Source: Naegleria gruberi
Taxonomy: Eukaryota
Assembly: GCA_000004985.1 (NCBI GenBank)
Contig: GG738900.1
Direction: 5' to 3' (one strand)
DNA length: 64,000 nt
Part shown: positions 34,769-45,960 of the stretch, piece by piece
How positions within the stretch are numbered: the stretch's first letter is position 1
Layout: each line of letters opens with the position of its first letter
Position numbers and translations under genes: made by a program
Notes under the pieces: model-generated
Database searches by the model: none
What the model saw: only the letters and a program-made list of their open reading frames with translations
What the model was told of the DNA's origin: nothing

Positions 34769-37342
34769 ATGGCAAATCAAGTATATGAGGATAACGAAGA
34801 ACATGAGGATAATACATCATACGATGATGAATATTCACCGATCGAGGATATTTCGGAGGGTGCTCTAGACTATAAAGATCCAATGAGAAGAGTTAAAATT
34901 TATCATTTGAGTGATCTTGGAGAGTGGATTGACAAGGGAACAGGACATATTCACTGTGAAACTCAGGTATGTTTGAAAAACATGAATTTCCAACAACAAC
35001 AAAACAAAAAGGATAACGAAACTAACCTTGTATTAGTCTCAGAGTCTTCCGATGAACGTTTATTATCAACACCAATCTCAACAGATGATATATATGCTTT
35101 ACAAAATGGTTAGTATTACCTTGTTTTTTTACAATAATTTTTGTTAATAATTTCTGTAGCAACTTTAATCGTTTGGAATGACCCAGTTCAAAAAATTGAA
35201 ATGGCTCTTAGTTTCCAACATTCTGATGGATGCATTATGATATGGTAAGTCTTTTAACATCTTGTTATTGTTAAACAATTATTTAAAGGAATGAAATCAG
35301 GAAAGTTCAAGGAAAACCTCCTGATGGAAAGGAGGTTGTTGCAAGAAACAATCAAGAAGAGGAAAGTGTAGATGATGAAATTGTTGGTATGGGACTAAAT
35401 GGAAGTTCTCTAAGTATTGGATCAACAGGTAGTAGTTTAGGAAAAATTGAGTTACCTGAACCTAGTATTAGTAATCTAACAGCTATACTATCTATAATTA
35501 CCGATCATAGATTCAGATTACCAAGTTATATCAAGTCTGATTACATTTTAAAATTGTTCCAGGTTTTTGATGATTGTGAGGATTTGGATAGTGTTGAAAA
35601 TTGTCGGATTTTATTCAAAATATTCTCTGGAATTATAGCAATTGATGATCTTGAAATATTGGAGATACTATTTTCTAAAAACAACATCATGAAGTTAATT
35701 GGTGTTTTGGAATATGATCCAGATTTACCAACAAAAAAAGCCAATCATAGAAACTTTTTAAATAATCGTGTAATTTTCAAAGAAGTTATTCCATTCAATA
35801 ATCATAATGTTTTGGATAAGATTCATCAAACATTTAAAATACAGTATATAAAGGAGACGATTTTGGCATCAATTATTGATGACCAAACATTTAGCACATT
35901 AAGCACAATAATATTCAAGAACAACACAATGATAATCAATTCCATCAAGGAAGATCAGGAATTCTTGAAGAAGGTATTTTCAACCCTATTAGCAGATGAT
36001 ACTCCAAAAGATAAACAAAGGGACCTTTCCAAGTTTCTTTCTGAATTCTTTGCATTGCTAAAACATCAAAATATTAACAATAAGATAGATACCTACAAGT
36101 AAGTTGACAGTTTTTAACTTGTTTTATTTAATAATATTTCAGGAGATTAACTCTAGATCATCAATTATTGGATGTTGCAGAGAAACATTTACAAAATGAA
36201 AATGTTTCAATCAGACATATTTAGTAAGTACTTTATAATATTTAATTCTAATGCATTATTATTCTAGTTCCGAAATACTTTTATCTATAGCACAGACGAT
36301 TCATCTCTCTTTCCTAGGAGAAATCAAACAAAGACATTTAAGAAATGATTTCAACTTGCTAAAGGTAATAATCAAAACTATTGTCAGCGAACCAGAGCTG
36401 GGCATTCAAGACAATTTGACAGAAGTCATAAAGTTATTATTGGATCCAGAGACCCTCCTTACCAACTCTGACGTATTCATTGACCAATTTTATAAGCATC
36501 ATGTTGAATTGCTTGCATCTCCAATTTTAAATCCACAGACTACAATTAATCATTTCACAAAACCTTCCATCAAAGTCAGTTGCATTAATCATGCATTGGA
36601 CTTACTTTCCTTTACAGTAATTCATCACAAACACAGAAGTAAGAACTTTTTAATAGCGAATGACATTATATCTAAGGCCGTTCATTTATTGGATGTTTAT
36701 AGGGAGAAGGATTTGATACTTGGCGTAATTAGATTCTTCAAGTCTATTATTTCGAGGGGTGACTTGCTACTTTGTACAAATATTTTGACCAACAACCTTT
36801 TTGATCCAATCATGGAAGTTTGGAGAAGAAATGGCTCAGTTTACAATCTCATTAATTCTGCAATTATAGATTTATTTGAAGCATTAAGAAATACCACAAC
36901 TGGTAGACTTAAGCAACATTGTGTCGAACGATTCAGACAAGATTTTGAAGCTGTTAATTATGTTGAAACATTTGCTCAACTTATTGAGGAATGTGATCAA
37001 CAAGAAAATTCTGAAAACAATAATAATGTATCTCAACAAGAAAGTGATGATGCCTACTTTAATGACAATGAAGAAATGCACAAGTCTATGATTGCACAAG
37101 ATTCACCAGAGCGAGCTTCTGTTGAAGAAGAGGATGATTTTTTCTTTACTCTTTCGAAACATAAGGGTAGCAATCAAGATGATGACGATGATGAATCTGA
37201 TATTTACTCTAATAGAGAGAAGAATGATATGGAGACCTCATCACCTCATTCTCCACACAAATTGCAAATTAGTTTGAAAACCAATACCACTTCACCAACC
37301 AAAGGAGAGGTGGAACCAAACCCTAAGAAGGTTAAATTTTAG
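34769..37342 (+). CDS. smkA: SMEK / PP4 regulatory subunit 3 homologue, at least 6 exons
   Basis: N-terminal RanBD/EVH1-like motif RRVKIYHLSDLGEWIDKGTGH. Conserved IGVLEYDPDL…FKEVIPF…IHQTFKIQYIKE and VYNLINSAIIDLFEALR…NYVETF. Introns carry GTATGT/GTAAGT donors. Confidence 0.8.
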
Positions 37343-37432
37343 TAATTTATAATAATAAAGAATTTAATTGAAACTCTCTAGGTATCCCAACAACATCCAA
37401 ACAAAACACAAACAGATATATACCACTAACAG

Positions 37433-37778
37433 TCCATTAAGGATAAATATTCATAATGAATGTATTCCCGTGTAGTCCAATGGCTAGGATACCTGGCTTT
37501 CACCCAGGAGGTCCGGGTTCAATTCCCGGCATGGGAGAATACTTTTTAATGTTGATAAAACCAATTTTATTTGGTATTGATTAAGGAATTTGGAGAATAA
37601 TTTTTCCAACAGTTCTATTGGATTCACTCATTTTTTGAGCTTGTGAGGCTTGATCCAAACTTAGAATATGAATTGGAATGTCTTTCCATAAACCACTTTC
37701 ACTCAACCACTTTAAGATAACTGCCAATTGATCACCATCCCTTTCAGCATACAAATTTTTGGCTCTTTCACTTCCAAA
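37433..37778. repeat. Source copy of tRNA-Glu plus oxidoreductase-3'-end duplicated segment
   Basis: Matches 40901..41289 at about 97%. Confidence 0.8.
37466..37537 (+). tRNA. tRNA-Glu (anticodon UUC), copy 1
   Basis: TCCCGTG…GTCCAATGGCTAGGAT…CCTGG-CTTTCAC-CCAGG…GGTTCAATTCC…CATGGGA-G. Clean cloverleaf. Confidence 0.85.
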
Positions 37779-38621
37779 AACCTTTCCAGAAATTCCTTGA
37801 GGTGTGTGAACAATTGTAACAAATTGTGATTCTTCATCTTGTTTGAGCAATTCAATGGAATAGTATTCTTGATAGGATCCAACAAAATCCAACACTATAT
37901 CAAAGGTACCTTTCAAAGATTCCAATTCATGAGTGAGATATTCCTTTCCCTTAGTGTAATCTAACACTTGATCAGCTCCCAACTTTCTAACAAAGTCTGC
38001 ATTCTTTGCTGATGAAATGGTAACAATCTTTTCAGCATTGAAATAATTCTTGGCAAGTAAAATACCTGACATTCCAACACCACCACTTCCACCAATGATT
38101 AGAACTTGTTTTCCTCTCAAGGAGTCTTTTTGTCCACTCTTACTTGATGGATGTCTGAGGAAACATTGAAAAGCAGTCAAGAAAGTTACTGGACACGAGG
38201 CAGCAACTTGATGACTAATTGATTCTGGATTAAGAGCTGCTTGAGATTCAGAGCAGACAACATATTGACTGTATGTTCCTCTGATGTGTGTCATGTTACA
38301 ACCACAAACTGAATCACCAATCTTGAATTTGGTTACTTTGGAACCAGTGGCAACTACAATTCCACTAACTATTCGAAGGTAAGAATGAAAAATATTAAAC
38401 TTACAATCAACTCCAAGAATCGTTGGATATGAATTAATATAAAACCCATATTGTCTTACTTTACAATCTAATGGATTAACTCCAGCATATTGATTTCTAA
38501 CAAGAATGTCATCTTCATTCAATTGTGGTAAATCAAATTTATGGTCAATTACAATGTCATCAGCACTGACATTGGCAGATTTAATAATTGCAGCAGTTTG
38601 AAAGGTTGGAAGACTTGACAT
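37581..38621 (-). CDS. Zinc-type/MDR-superfamily NAD(P)-dependent oxidoreductase (quinone oxidoreductase-like), one intron ~38372..38412
   Basis: Rossmann GGSGGVG motif, MDR catalytic-domain layout, GTAAGT intron. Confidence 0.65.
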   Translation of the reverse strand: MSSLPTFQTAAIIKSANVSADDIVIDHKFDLPQLNEDDILVRNQYAGVNPLDCKVRQYGFYINSYPTILGVDCKFNIFHSYLRIVSGIVVATGSKVTKFKIGDSVCGCNMTHIRGTYSQYVVCSESQAALNPESISHQVAASCPVTFLTAFQCFLRHPSSKSGQKDSLRGKQVLIIGGSGGVGMSGILLAKNYFNAEKIVTISSAKNADFVRKLGADQVLDYTKGKEYLTHELESLKGTFDIVLDFVGSYQEYYSIELLKQDEESQFVTIVHTPQGISGKVFGSERAKNLYAERDGDQLAVILKWLSESGLWKDIPIHILSLDQASQAQKMSESNRTVGKIILQIP

Positions 38622-39009
38622 TTTAGAGATGTGTATTCTTTTTTTATGATTTGAATTTTGAATTGCTTATCCAGTTAAAAAAGTTGACTTGTTTTTATAG
38701 TGTTTTGAAAAGTGTGCGCAGCAGAAATAATGTATTCTATCGCGGTAATTAAGCAACCAATCAGAAATGGAGCGCTGATTTTGGGATATTTTGACTTTCG
38801 CAAGGTTAATTTTTGATTTTCTTGTCAAGGTTCACCATCACCAGCAAATAGCTGTATTAGTAGCTGTAGTTCTTTTACTTGCTTTTGTAAAGTTCATACT
38901 TTACAAAAAAAATGCTCAAACGGAATGAAGGAGGCCGAGTTGTGATTTTCTTGGATTTTTCTTTGGAATCAAATTTGCTTTTGCAAAAATTCAAAGACAA
39001 ACTACATCA

Positions 39010-40698
39010 TTGAAGGAATATTGTAAGAAACGTGATGAAATATTAAACAAAAGACCAGAATTTATTCCATTGGAGTTTTATCGGGATTGTCAAGTGTTGG
39101 TTAAATATCCACATTTATTGGAGAATTTGCTGATTACAACGGATAGGGAATTTATTTTGTATTTTGTTAGATCGAGGGATGATCACATTCATTCAGTTTG
39201 TAGAGCTATTTCAGATACTTTGAAATGTGATGAATTATTTATTAGACAAGCCATTCAAGCTAATTATCAAATGTTTAAAGTTCTTCTTGAAAAACGTAAT
39301 CAAGACTACAACAGAAAAAGAACAAGCAAGATACGTAGAGGTCGATTCAAAGACGAGGGAAGTGATGACTCTGGAGATGAGGATAATATATCAATTGACT
39401 GGGAGTATTTCATTAATTTGAATCCAAAAGTTCTAAGATTTGTCAAAAATAGATGGAAAGAGTTGGATAGAGAAGTAGTTTTACAAGCTTTGCGAAAAGA
39501 TATTATAGCAATTTATTCATTGCAAGCTCTTGACAGAGAAATGGCATTGTTGGTAGTTGAAACCAATCCATTGGCTTTGAAATATGAACATGGAGTTTGG
39601 CAGAATGATAAAGAAATTGTACTGAAAGCAATATCACAAAATAAGAACCTACTTGTGTATGCATGTGATTCGATCATTGAAGAAGTGTTAAGAAACAGAG
39701 AACTCATTGAATATTCTCAGGAGGATGTCATTAATTTAGTATTGAATGGTGTGAAGGAAAAGCCATCTTTATTCAATTACCTTCCCGAACATATGAAAAC
39801 AAATCATGAATTTGTTATCAAATTGGTAGAATTGGACACAAGAATATCCGAGTTCATTCCAGAATCTTTAAAACAAAACAGAGAATTTCTAATGGAACTG
39901 GTCAAATATGATAGAAATGCATTTTACAATTGTAAAGATATGGATCTGAGGGGGAGTAGACAATTTTTATTGAACGCCCTATCCACTTACAGGTTCTCAC
40001 TCTCCAGTGCTCCATCTCATCTCAAAGATGATAAGGAATTTGTAATGGAATGTTTAACTGCATATCCTGCAGACTTGGATGAAGCTTCATCTCGTTTGAG
40101 AGATGATGAACAAGTGGTAGAATTGGTTTTAAAAGAATTTAATAACGCATCAAATAGATTGAAAGATGATAAGGACTTTGTAATGAAACACATTGAAGAA
40201 TTTCCTCAAATGTATCAGTCATTGAGTCAGAGATTGAAAAGCGATAAGGAAATAATTCTAAAATGTGCATCTGGAGGTGGAGTTATTTCAAATGGTTATT
40301 TCTTTCACGACGATGACTTTGTATTAGAATTGGTGGAAAGAAATGCTCATATTGTTGAAACACTGGGAAAGATAACGCCAGAGTTTGCTAAGAAATGTAT
40401 TGAGCGAAATGGCTTTTGCTACCATTTATTGAAACAACACTCTATGGTAACAGAATCTGACGAATTGGATCAATTAGCAGCTCTTTCTCGTGGATATTTA
40501 GCTGATAAACATACTGAGGATATTAGACCAACATATGGATTTCACAAAATCAAAACTCGCACAAGCTATGAGGATAGAGAAATTGTGGATTCATGGATTA
40601 AGAAGAGATTGGAGAAGCAATATGATGGGTTATATATTTCACTCAGCTCGCCAATATTTGTAAAGGGAAAGTTTGTGAATACCCACATTAAGGGATGA
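39010..40698 (+). CDS. DUF4116-repeat protein (start codon uncertain; ORF begins with TTG)
   Basis: At least 7 tandem ~30-aa repeats of the form LKxDKEFVMxxV…. Confidence 0.5.
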   Translation: MKEYCKKRDEILNKRPEFIPLEFYRDCQVLVKYPHLLENLLITTDREFILYFVRSRDDHIHSVCRAISDTLKCDELFIRQAIQANYQMFKVLLEKRNQDYNRKRTSKIRRGRFKDEGSDDSGDEDNISIDWEYFINLNPKVLRFVKNRWKELDREVVLQALRKDIIAIYSLQALDREMALLVVETNPLALKYEHGVWQNDKEIVLKAISQNKNLLVYACDSIIEEVLRNRELIEYSQEDVINLVLNGVKEKPSLFNYLPEHMKTNHEFVIKLVELDTRISEFIPESLKQNREFLMELVKYDRNAFYNCKDMDLRGSRQFLLNALSTYRFSLSSAPSHLKDDKEFVMECLTAYPADLDEASSRLRDDEQVVELVLKEFNNASNRLKDDKDFVMKHIEEFPQMYQSLSQRLKSDKEIILKCASGGGVISNGYFFHDDDFVLELVERNAHIVETLGKITPEFAKKCIERNGFCYHLLKQHSMVTESDELDQLAALSRGYLADKHTEDIRPTYGFHKIKTRTSYEDREIVDSWIKKRLEKQYDGLYISLSSPIFVKGKFVNTHIKG

Positions 40699-40900
40699 TT
40701 ACCCATTATGTGAAACCTTACTAATTTGAATTTGTCTTTATTTTGGATAAAGTATTGAAACTAGGAAGCTCAGCAAACTTCAACACTCTTCTTTTTATAA
40801 TTTTTAAAATGTATGCAATAATGTAGCAAGTACATGATATTTATGAAATTATAATTCCAATTTTCATTATTATTAGTAATTATTCCCATTTCTTTATTTG

Positions 40901-41289
40901 TCCATTAAGGATAAATTTTCAAAATAAATGTATTCCCGTGTAGTCCAATGGCTAGGATACCTGGCTTTCACCCAGGAGGTCCGGGTTCAATTCCCGGCAT
41001 GGGAGAATACTTTTTTAATTATGGACTTTTAATATTGTTAAAAATTAATTTTATGTTACCACATGAGGTATTGAATAATTTAGAATTTGCATTAAGGAAT
41101 GTGGAGAATGATCTTTCCAACAGTTCTATTGGATTCACTCATTTTTTGAGCTTGTGAGGCTTGATCCAAACTTAGAATGTGAATTGGGATGTCTTTCCAT
41201 AAACCACTTTCACTCAACCACTTTAAGATAATTGCCAATTGATCACCATCCCTTTCAGCATACAAATTTTTGGCTCTTTCACTTCCAAA
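40901..41289. repeat. Duplicated segment: tRNA-Glu plus truncated 3' end of oxidoreductase gene
   Basis: Collinear with 37433..37778. Has a 45-bp insertion after the tRNA. Ends abruptly at 41290. Confidence 0.8.
40934..41005 (+). tRNA. tRNA-Glu (anticodon UUC), copy 2
   Basis: Identical to copy 1. Confidence 0.85.
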
Positions 41290-41301
41290 CAATTTCAACA
41301 A
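41092..41301 (-). pseudogene. Truncated copy of the oxidoreductase C-terminus (last ~65 aa)
   Basis: Translation FGSERAKNLYAERDGDQLAIILKWLSESGLWKDIPIHILSLDQASQAQKMSESNRTVGKIILHIP differs from the parent in 2 residues. No upstream exons. Confidence 0.65.
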
Positions 41302-41365
41302 AAATCTATGAGCCTTTTCTTGTCACATTAATAAAAATCTGCCATGTTGTTCAATTAACCACAAT

Positions 41366-42187
41366 TTAATAACACTCATCGTCAGGATAATCCACAATTC
41401 CATACATGAGAATATTGGAATAATCACAATTTATAACAACAGAATCCATTACTTCCTTTTCCATTTGCTTTTTCGTTTCCTCTGCTTGTTTACGATACAA
41501 TTTAGCTTTTTCTTTACCCACCTCAAAGGTTGCTACGCACATTGATTCATAATCCATGTCAGATACATGGTTACGCTCAACAAGCTTTGAGTATAGATGC
41601 TTATCAGTCCTATAGATGTATTCCACAATTTTGCTTCTACATGGTTTTGCATGTTTCGAAATATCTGTGTGGGTATCGGTTGAGATCAGATTCATGTCGT
41701 TAGATATTGGGCCAACAATTGAAAGAACTACAAACGAGGATAAATCATTGTAAAAAGCCATGTCCATAGTAAGAATCACATTCTTGTTTGTTTTCAATTC
41801 ATAGGTTGTTCTTGTAACGCTAAAACAAAATGAATACCCTTTCGAATGGATAAGAAATTCTAAATTTTTGCACATGTTGGACTTTTGGCACTCTTTCCTC
41901 TTGTAATTCAAGGTTTGGTTACACTTTGTGGTATGTTTGAGCGAAATTTGAGGCTCCTTAGAATAGGTTGTTTTTTCCTTCAGCCAGTAATTTTGTTCCA
42001 TTAAAACATATTCTGATAAATCATAAAAAGTTTCATTGTAGGATGTTTTTGATTTGAATGTAAACAGAGGAAGAAGACTTTTTTCTAACTGCTCCTTGCC
42101 CATAATAAAGTTGAATTTTGTAATGATTGCACTGTCGTGGGCAACATGATCTAATAAACAATCTTGATATACGAATCTTGTGTTCAA
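41366..42187 (-). CDS. Hypothetical 273-aa protein (orphan)
   Basis: Intact ORF. No recognisable domain. Confidence 0.35.
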   Translation of the reverse strand: MNTRFVYQDCLLDHVAHDSAIITKFNFIMGKEQLEKSLLPLFTFKSKTSYNETFYDLSEYVLMEQNYWLKEKTTYSKEPQISLKHTTKCNQTLNYKRKECQKSNMCKNLEFLIHSKGYSFCFSVTRTTYELKTNKNVILTMDMAFYNDLSSFVVLSIVGPISNDMNLISTDTHTDISKHAKPCRSKIVEYIYRTDKHLYSKLVERNHVSDMDYESMCVATFEVGKEKAKLYRKQAEETKKQMEKEVMDSVVINCDYSNILMYGIVDYPDDECY

Positions 42188-42220
42188 TGTATGATTGTTT
42201 AAAAGTTATTAAGGTAAAAA

Positions 42221-42340
42221 GACTACAGCACCACAGGTTCCCAAGTTGTCTCCAACCTCAGTACTGATGTGGCTCGACGATGCTTACCTTCTCAAATCGG
42301 ACGGGATGAGATGCATTCATCGTGATATGGCCGTAGCCAT
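42221..42340 (-). rRNA. 5S ribosomal RNA gene, copy 2 (two substitutions relative to copies 1 and 3)
   Basis: Reverse complement matches copy 1 except C>T and T>G. Shares a 21-bp 3' flank (TTTTTACCTTAATAACTTTTA) with copy 1. Confidence 0.75.
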
Positions 42341-42428
42341 TCATTTATTTAAGTTCTGAGTCATAAATCTTTAAGCAACAGTTAGGATTGTAAGGAATAT
42401 ATTTTAATCAAGATTTTGGTTTGTTCTT

Positions 42429-42508
42429 CACTATGAACATGCTTGACTCACAACGTTGATCACAGCTAAGCCATTGTGAAAATAATTGAGTCAAGCATGT
42501 TCATAGTG
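42429..42508. repeat. Perfect 22-bp inverted repeat (stem) with 36-nt loop
   Basis: cactatgaacatgcttgactca … tgagtcaagcatgttcatagtg. Each arm is followed by CAACGTTG. Confidence 0.7.
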
Positions 42509-42741
42509 ATCAACGTTGTGCAGGATGTAATAGTTAAAGTTCATACTTTGCTCAAAATGGGAAGTTACTACCCTTAATAAGACCAATTTAAAAGAAAACA
42601 TTCATGTTCAATTTAGGAACTTTTAGAATTTTGACTTATTTTATTATCATCCACAAAGAAACCATTGTGCCAGCTCTTGTTGGTGCTAAATATGCTTGAT
42701 TTGGGTTATGTAAATTTCAAAGTGCAGAACATTTGAAAAAA

Positions 42742-45700
42742 ATGCTGAAAAACAGCATAACAGTAGATTTGAGCGGTAAGGACGGAGAAGATGGTCATCA
42801 AGGCAAGAGGTAAGAGTACATACCTCAATTTTTTTGATGTTAATATGTTGCCGAATTAGTGGACGTAATGGTGAAGTGGGAAAGGTAATGTTTCTAATCT
42901 CCCTTAATCATCATAAAATCACTGTTGTAAAATAGTCAGGGAAAAGTGGACAAATATCTGCCTTAAATAATGGAAATGGAAGTCATGGAGAACCAGGAGG
43001 ACCGTAAGTATATATTGCTGGAGTGAAATTAGCCATGTGTTAATAGAGGTGGAGATGGAGAGAATGGTGGAAAGTAAGTTCTAGCTGTTATTGAGTACTT
43101 GACCTTATTTAATATTCCTTCTCAACAACAGTGGAAAAAAGGGGCAACACGCAACAGCTGGTGGAAATATTTAAGTAAAAATTGAGGGATCCAATCACAA
43201 GTTAATCACTTTGAGTGGAAGTATCAATGATTCTGTGTGTTTGAATGATGGTGCTGGACAAGTTTTGGTGTTTCTGGCGAATGGTGGAAATGGTGGAAAG
43301 TGAGTATCAGTGTAGCTTTGATTTGAAGTGCTTACAATTATAGAGGTGGACGTGGAGGACCAGGTGGTAAGTTGCTGAATAGCAAACACGACTGAGAATG
43401 TAATTCATTCAGGAATGGGGGGAGTCGGCGGAAAAGGAGGAACTGGAGCAAGAGGTGGTAATGGTAGCTCTGGAGGTAATGGTATGAATGGTCAAGATGG
43501 TGGCAATGGAGGAAAGTAAGTATTGAATGATTGAGACAATTTTGAAACTAATAATTATTTCAGTGGTGGCGTGTAAGGAGAAATACAAGTTTAGTTAGTT
43601 GATTGAAATTTAGTGCTGGAAAAGGAGGAAATGGTGGAGAGTAAGTTTTAATAATTGGTTGGAAATTCATATGTGCGTTTAACAAGTGGAGGGGAAGGAT
43701 CCAAGTAGGTTTTTCAATTATTACAACTATTTTAATGTGGAATAGTGGTGGAAATGGTGGAAATGGAGGAAGTATTCTTATTGAAACAAATAATGCTTCC
43801 TTGTTGAAGTTTGTCAAAGCAGAAAGTCAACCAGGTAAAGGAGGAATGGATGGAAAAGGTGGCTCTGCAGGAAGTGCAGGTAAAGGAGGAGAGAAAGGAC
43901 CTGGAGGACCTGGTGGTAGAGGTGGTGCAGGAGGAGCTGCAATGGGAAGAGGAATAATCAATACAAGATCTGGATCCAATGGAAGGAATGGATCAGATGG
44001 AAAATCTGGACAAAAAGGTCAAGAAGGAAGGAAGGGAAATCCAGGACACACTGGACAAGATGGTACACCAGGAAATTTAACCATTAGAGTCTATGATCCT
44101 CTTACTAATCAACTTGTGGAGGAAGGTCATTCAATTTATAATTTGGTGGTAACAACATTCGAATTGTGTGGCTATGAAAATGATGGAATTTTTGAACCAG
44201 ATGAAAATGTCTTTATTACCAACGTTGGTGTTAAGAATCAAGGAGGATTGACATTACCATCAGGTTCAGTTCTCTCATTTCCAAGCACTCAAACATTTAT
44301 TTCAAACGGTGAATGTTATGTTTTGGAGAAGAATTTGGCACCAGGCGAATTCTTTTCAATTCCTTTCCAATTTTATGGTCGAGTTGTTGGAAGGAAACAA
44401 AAACAATTTGGCCCTTTCAAGTCAACAATTAGCATTCAATCAAGTGCTTGTCTGTTAACTTCTCCATTTAGTGAAGGTTTTGTTAAGAAGGAATATCCAG
44501 TTCAGTATCCAATAGTATTGGAAAGTGTGAAAGTTCCTAAAAGTTTGGGAAGAAATGAAAAAGGAACAGTTACAATCACCGTAAAGAATCAATCTCTTAT
44601 CAATTATGGCTCTTCATTGGGTGATGGATACAGAATTAAGTTTTGTTTAACTCTGGATTCAACGTATATCATTCTAACAGAAACAAGCGCAACTAATATA
44701 TTTGAAGAGGAAATTCCCTTCATCCAAGCAGGAATGTCATACTCTAGAACGTTTAACATTGAAACAACTATCAATGCCCAATTCTATGAAACCATTCCAA
44801 TTCAAACAAATTTATTTTTGAGAGGACATCCTATTGAGGAATCATTGAACTCCATTCGTATTCAACCAACATACATTCCAACTAATCTCGATTCTCCAAA
44901 TCCTTTCGATGTGCTCTTCTTCTCAGATAAGCACATTAATAGGCAGGAATTTTCAAATTACATGTCCCTGCTTGGTAGAATAGGATTGAACGTGAATGTA
45001 TGGGATATTGAGAGATACGGTGGACTATCTTATAATAATAAGGGTAAGAGACATACAAAATCATGGATTGATGGTGGTTATGAAGGTAAAATGATAATAA
45101 TGCCTCTTATGGAACAAGGCTCTGAAAAACAAATGGCTGTCTCAGATATTTTCCAACATTTCAGGGGCAAAAATTGGCAAAATGATTCATCAAAACCAAA
45201 CAATGGATCTATCGTTTTTATCGGTAACCCTTCTGATTCATTCAAAAGTCAACTCTTTGGCGAATGCTCAGCCCAACAAATCCCAGAATCTGAACTAAGA
45301 GAAATGTTTCTGCTTTCTGAACCGAATGAAAGCTCAATGCTTAAGAAAGCAACAGAGTTTATTAAATCCCTCAATAAGACACATCCATCAAGGGTTTATA
45401 GAACTGAAAATGTGTTATTCAATCCTCAAAAAGATGGCTCATTATCAAAAACTTTATTAGGATCAGCTGATTATAAGGAATTACCCTTAAGCACTGCTGA
45501 TGCTTTATATTTCATTCCAACAAAGAGTGGAAACTCTTCTGGATTCATGAACGGAGGTATTACACTTCAAATTGAAAGCAAATCAAATATTGGAAAATTG
45601 CTTAACACTATTCTATATTCACTTCCTGTTGAGAAAAAATTGGAATTGTTAAGGAAACCAACCGAATGGCTTTCCAAAGTTCAAATTAAGGATGAAAATG

Positions 45701-45960
45701 GTGATTTACTTAATTATGTAACTTGTATTATCTTTGCTCTAAGCTTTAATCTGTTTTTGGAAATAATTTACAACGATGAAAATGGAAGATTTTCAACGGG
45801 TATTGAAGCAGATTTTGAAGCACATTTTGATGAATATAAGAATCATCCTCAATCCAAACAAATTGTTGAAACTCTATATTTGGTATTAAAGAAACTTGGC
45901 AGTGAATTAAAATGGAGAGGAACATCGGTACCTAGCATTAAGGAAAGGAAAAACCTATGA
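42742..45960 (+). CDS. Collagen-like / Gly-rich repeat protein with C-terminal globular region; ~10 micro-exons then a 2.2 kb terminal exon
   Basis: Exon 1 encodes MLKNSITVDLSGKDGEDGHQGKRG… (GXY). Repeated GGNGGNGG(K) and GXY tracts (GRNGSDGKSGQKGQEGRKGNPGHTGQDGTPG) in tiny exons are separated by 50-90 nt GTAAGT..AG introns. Exon boundaries are approximate. Confidence 0.5.
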
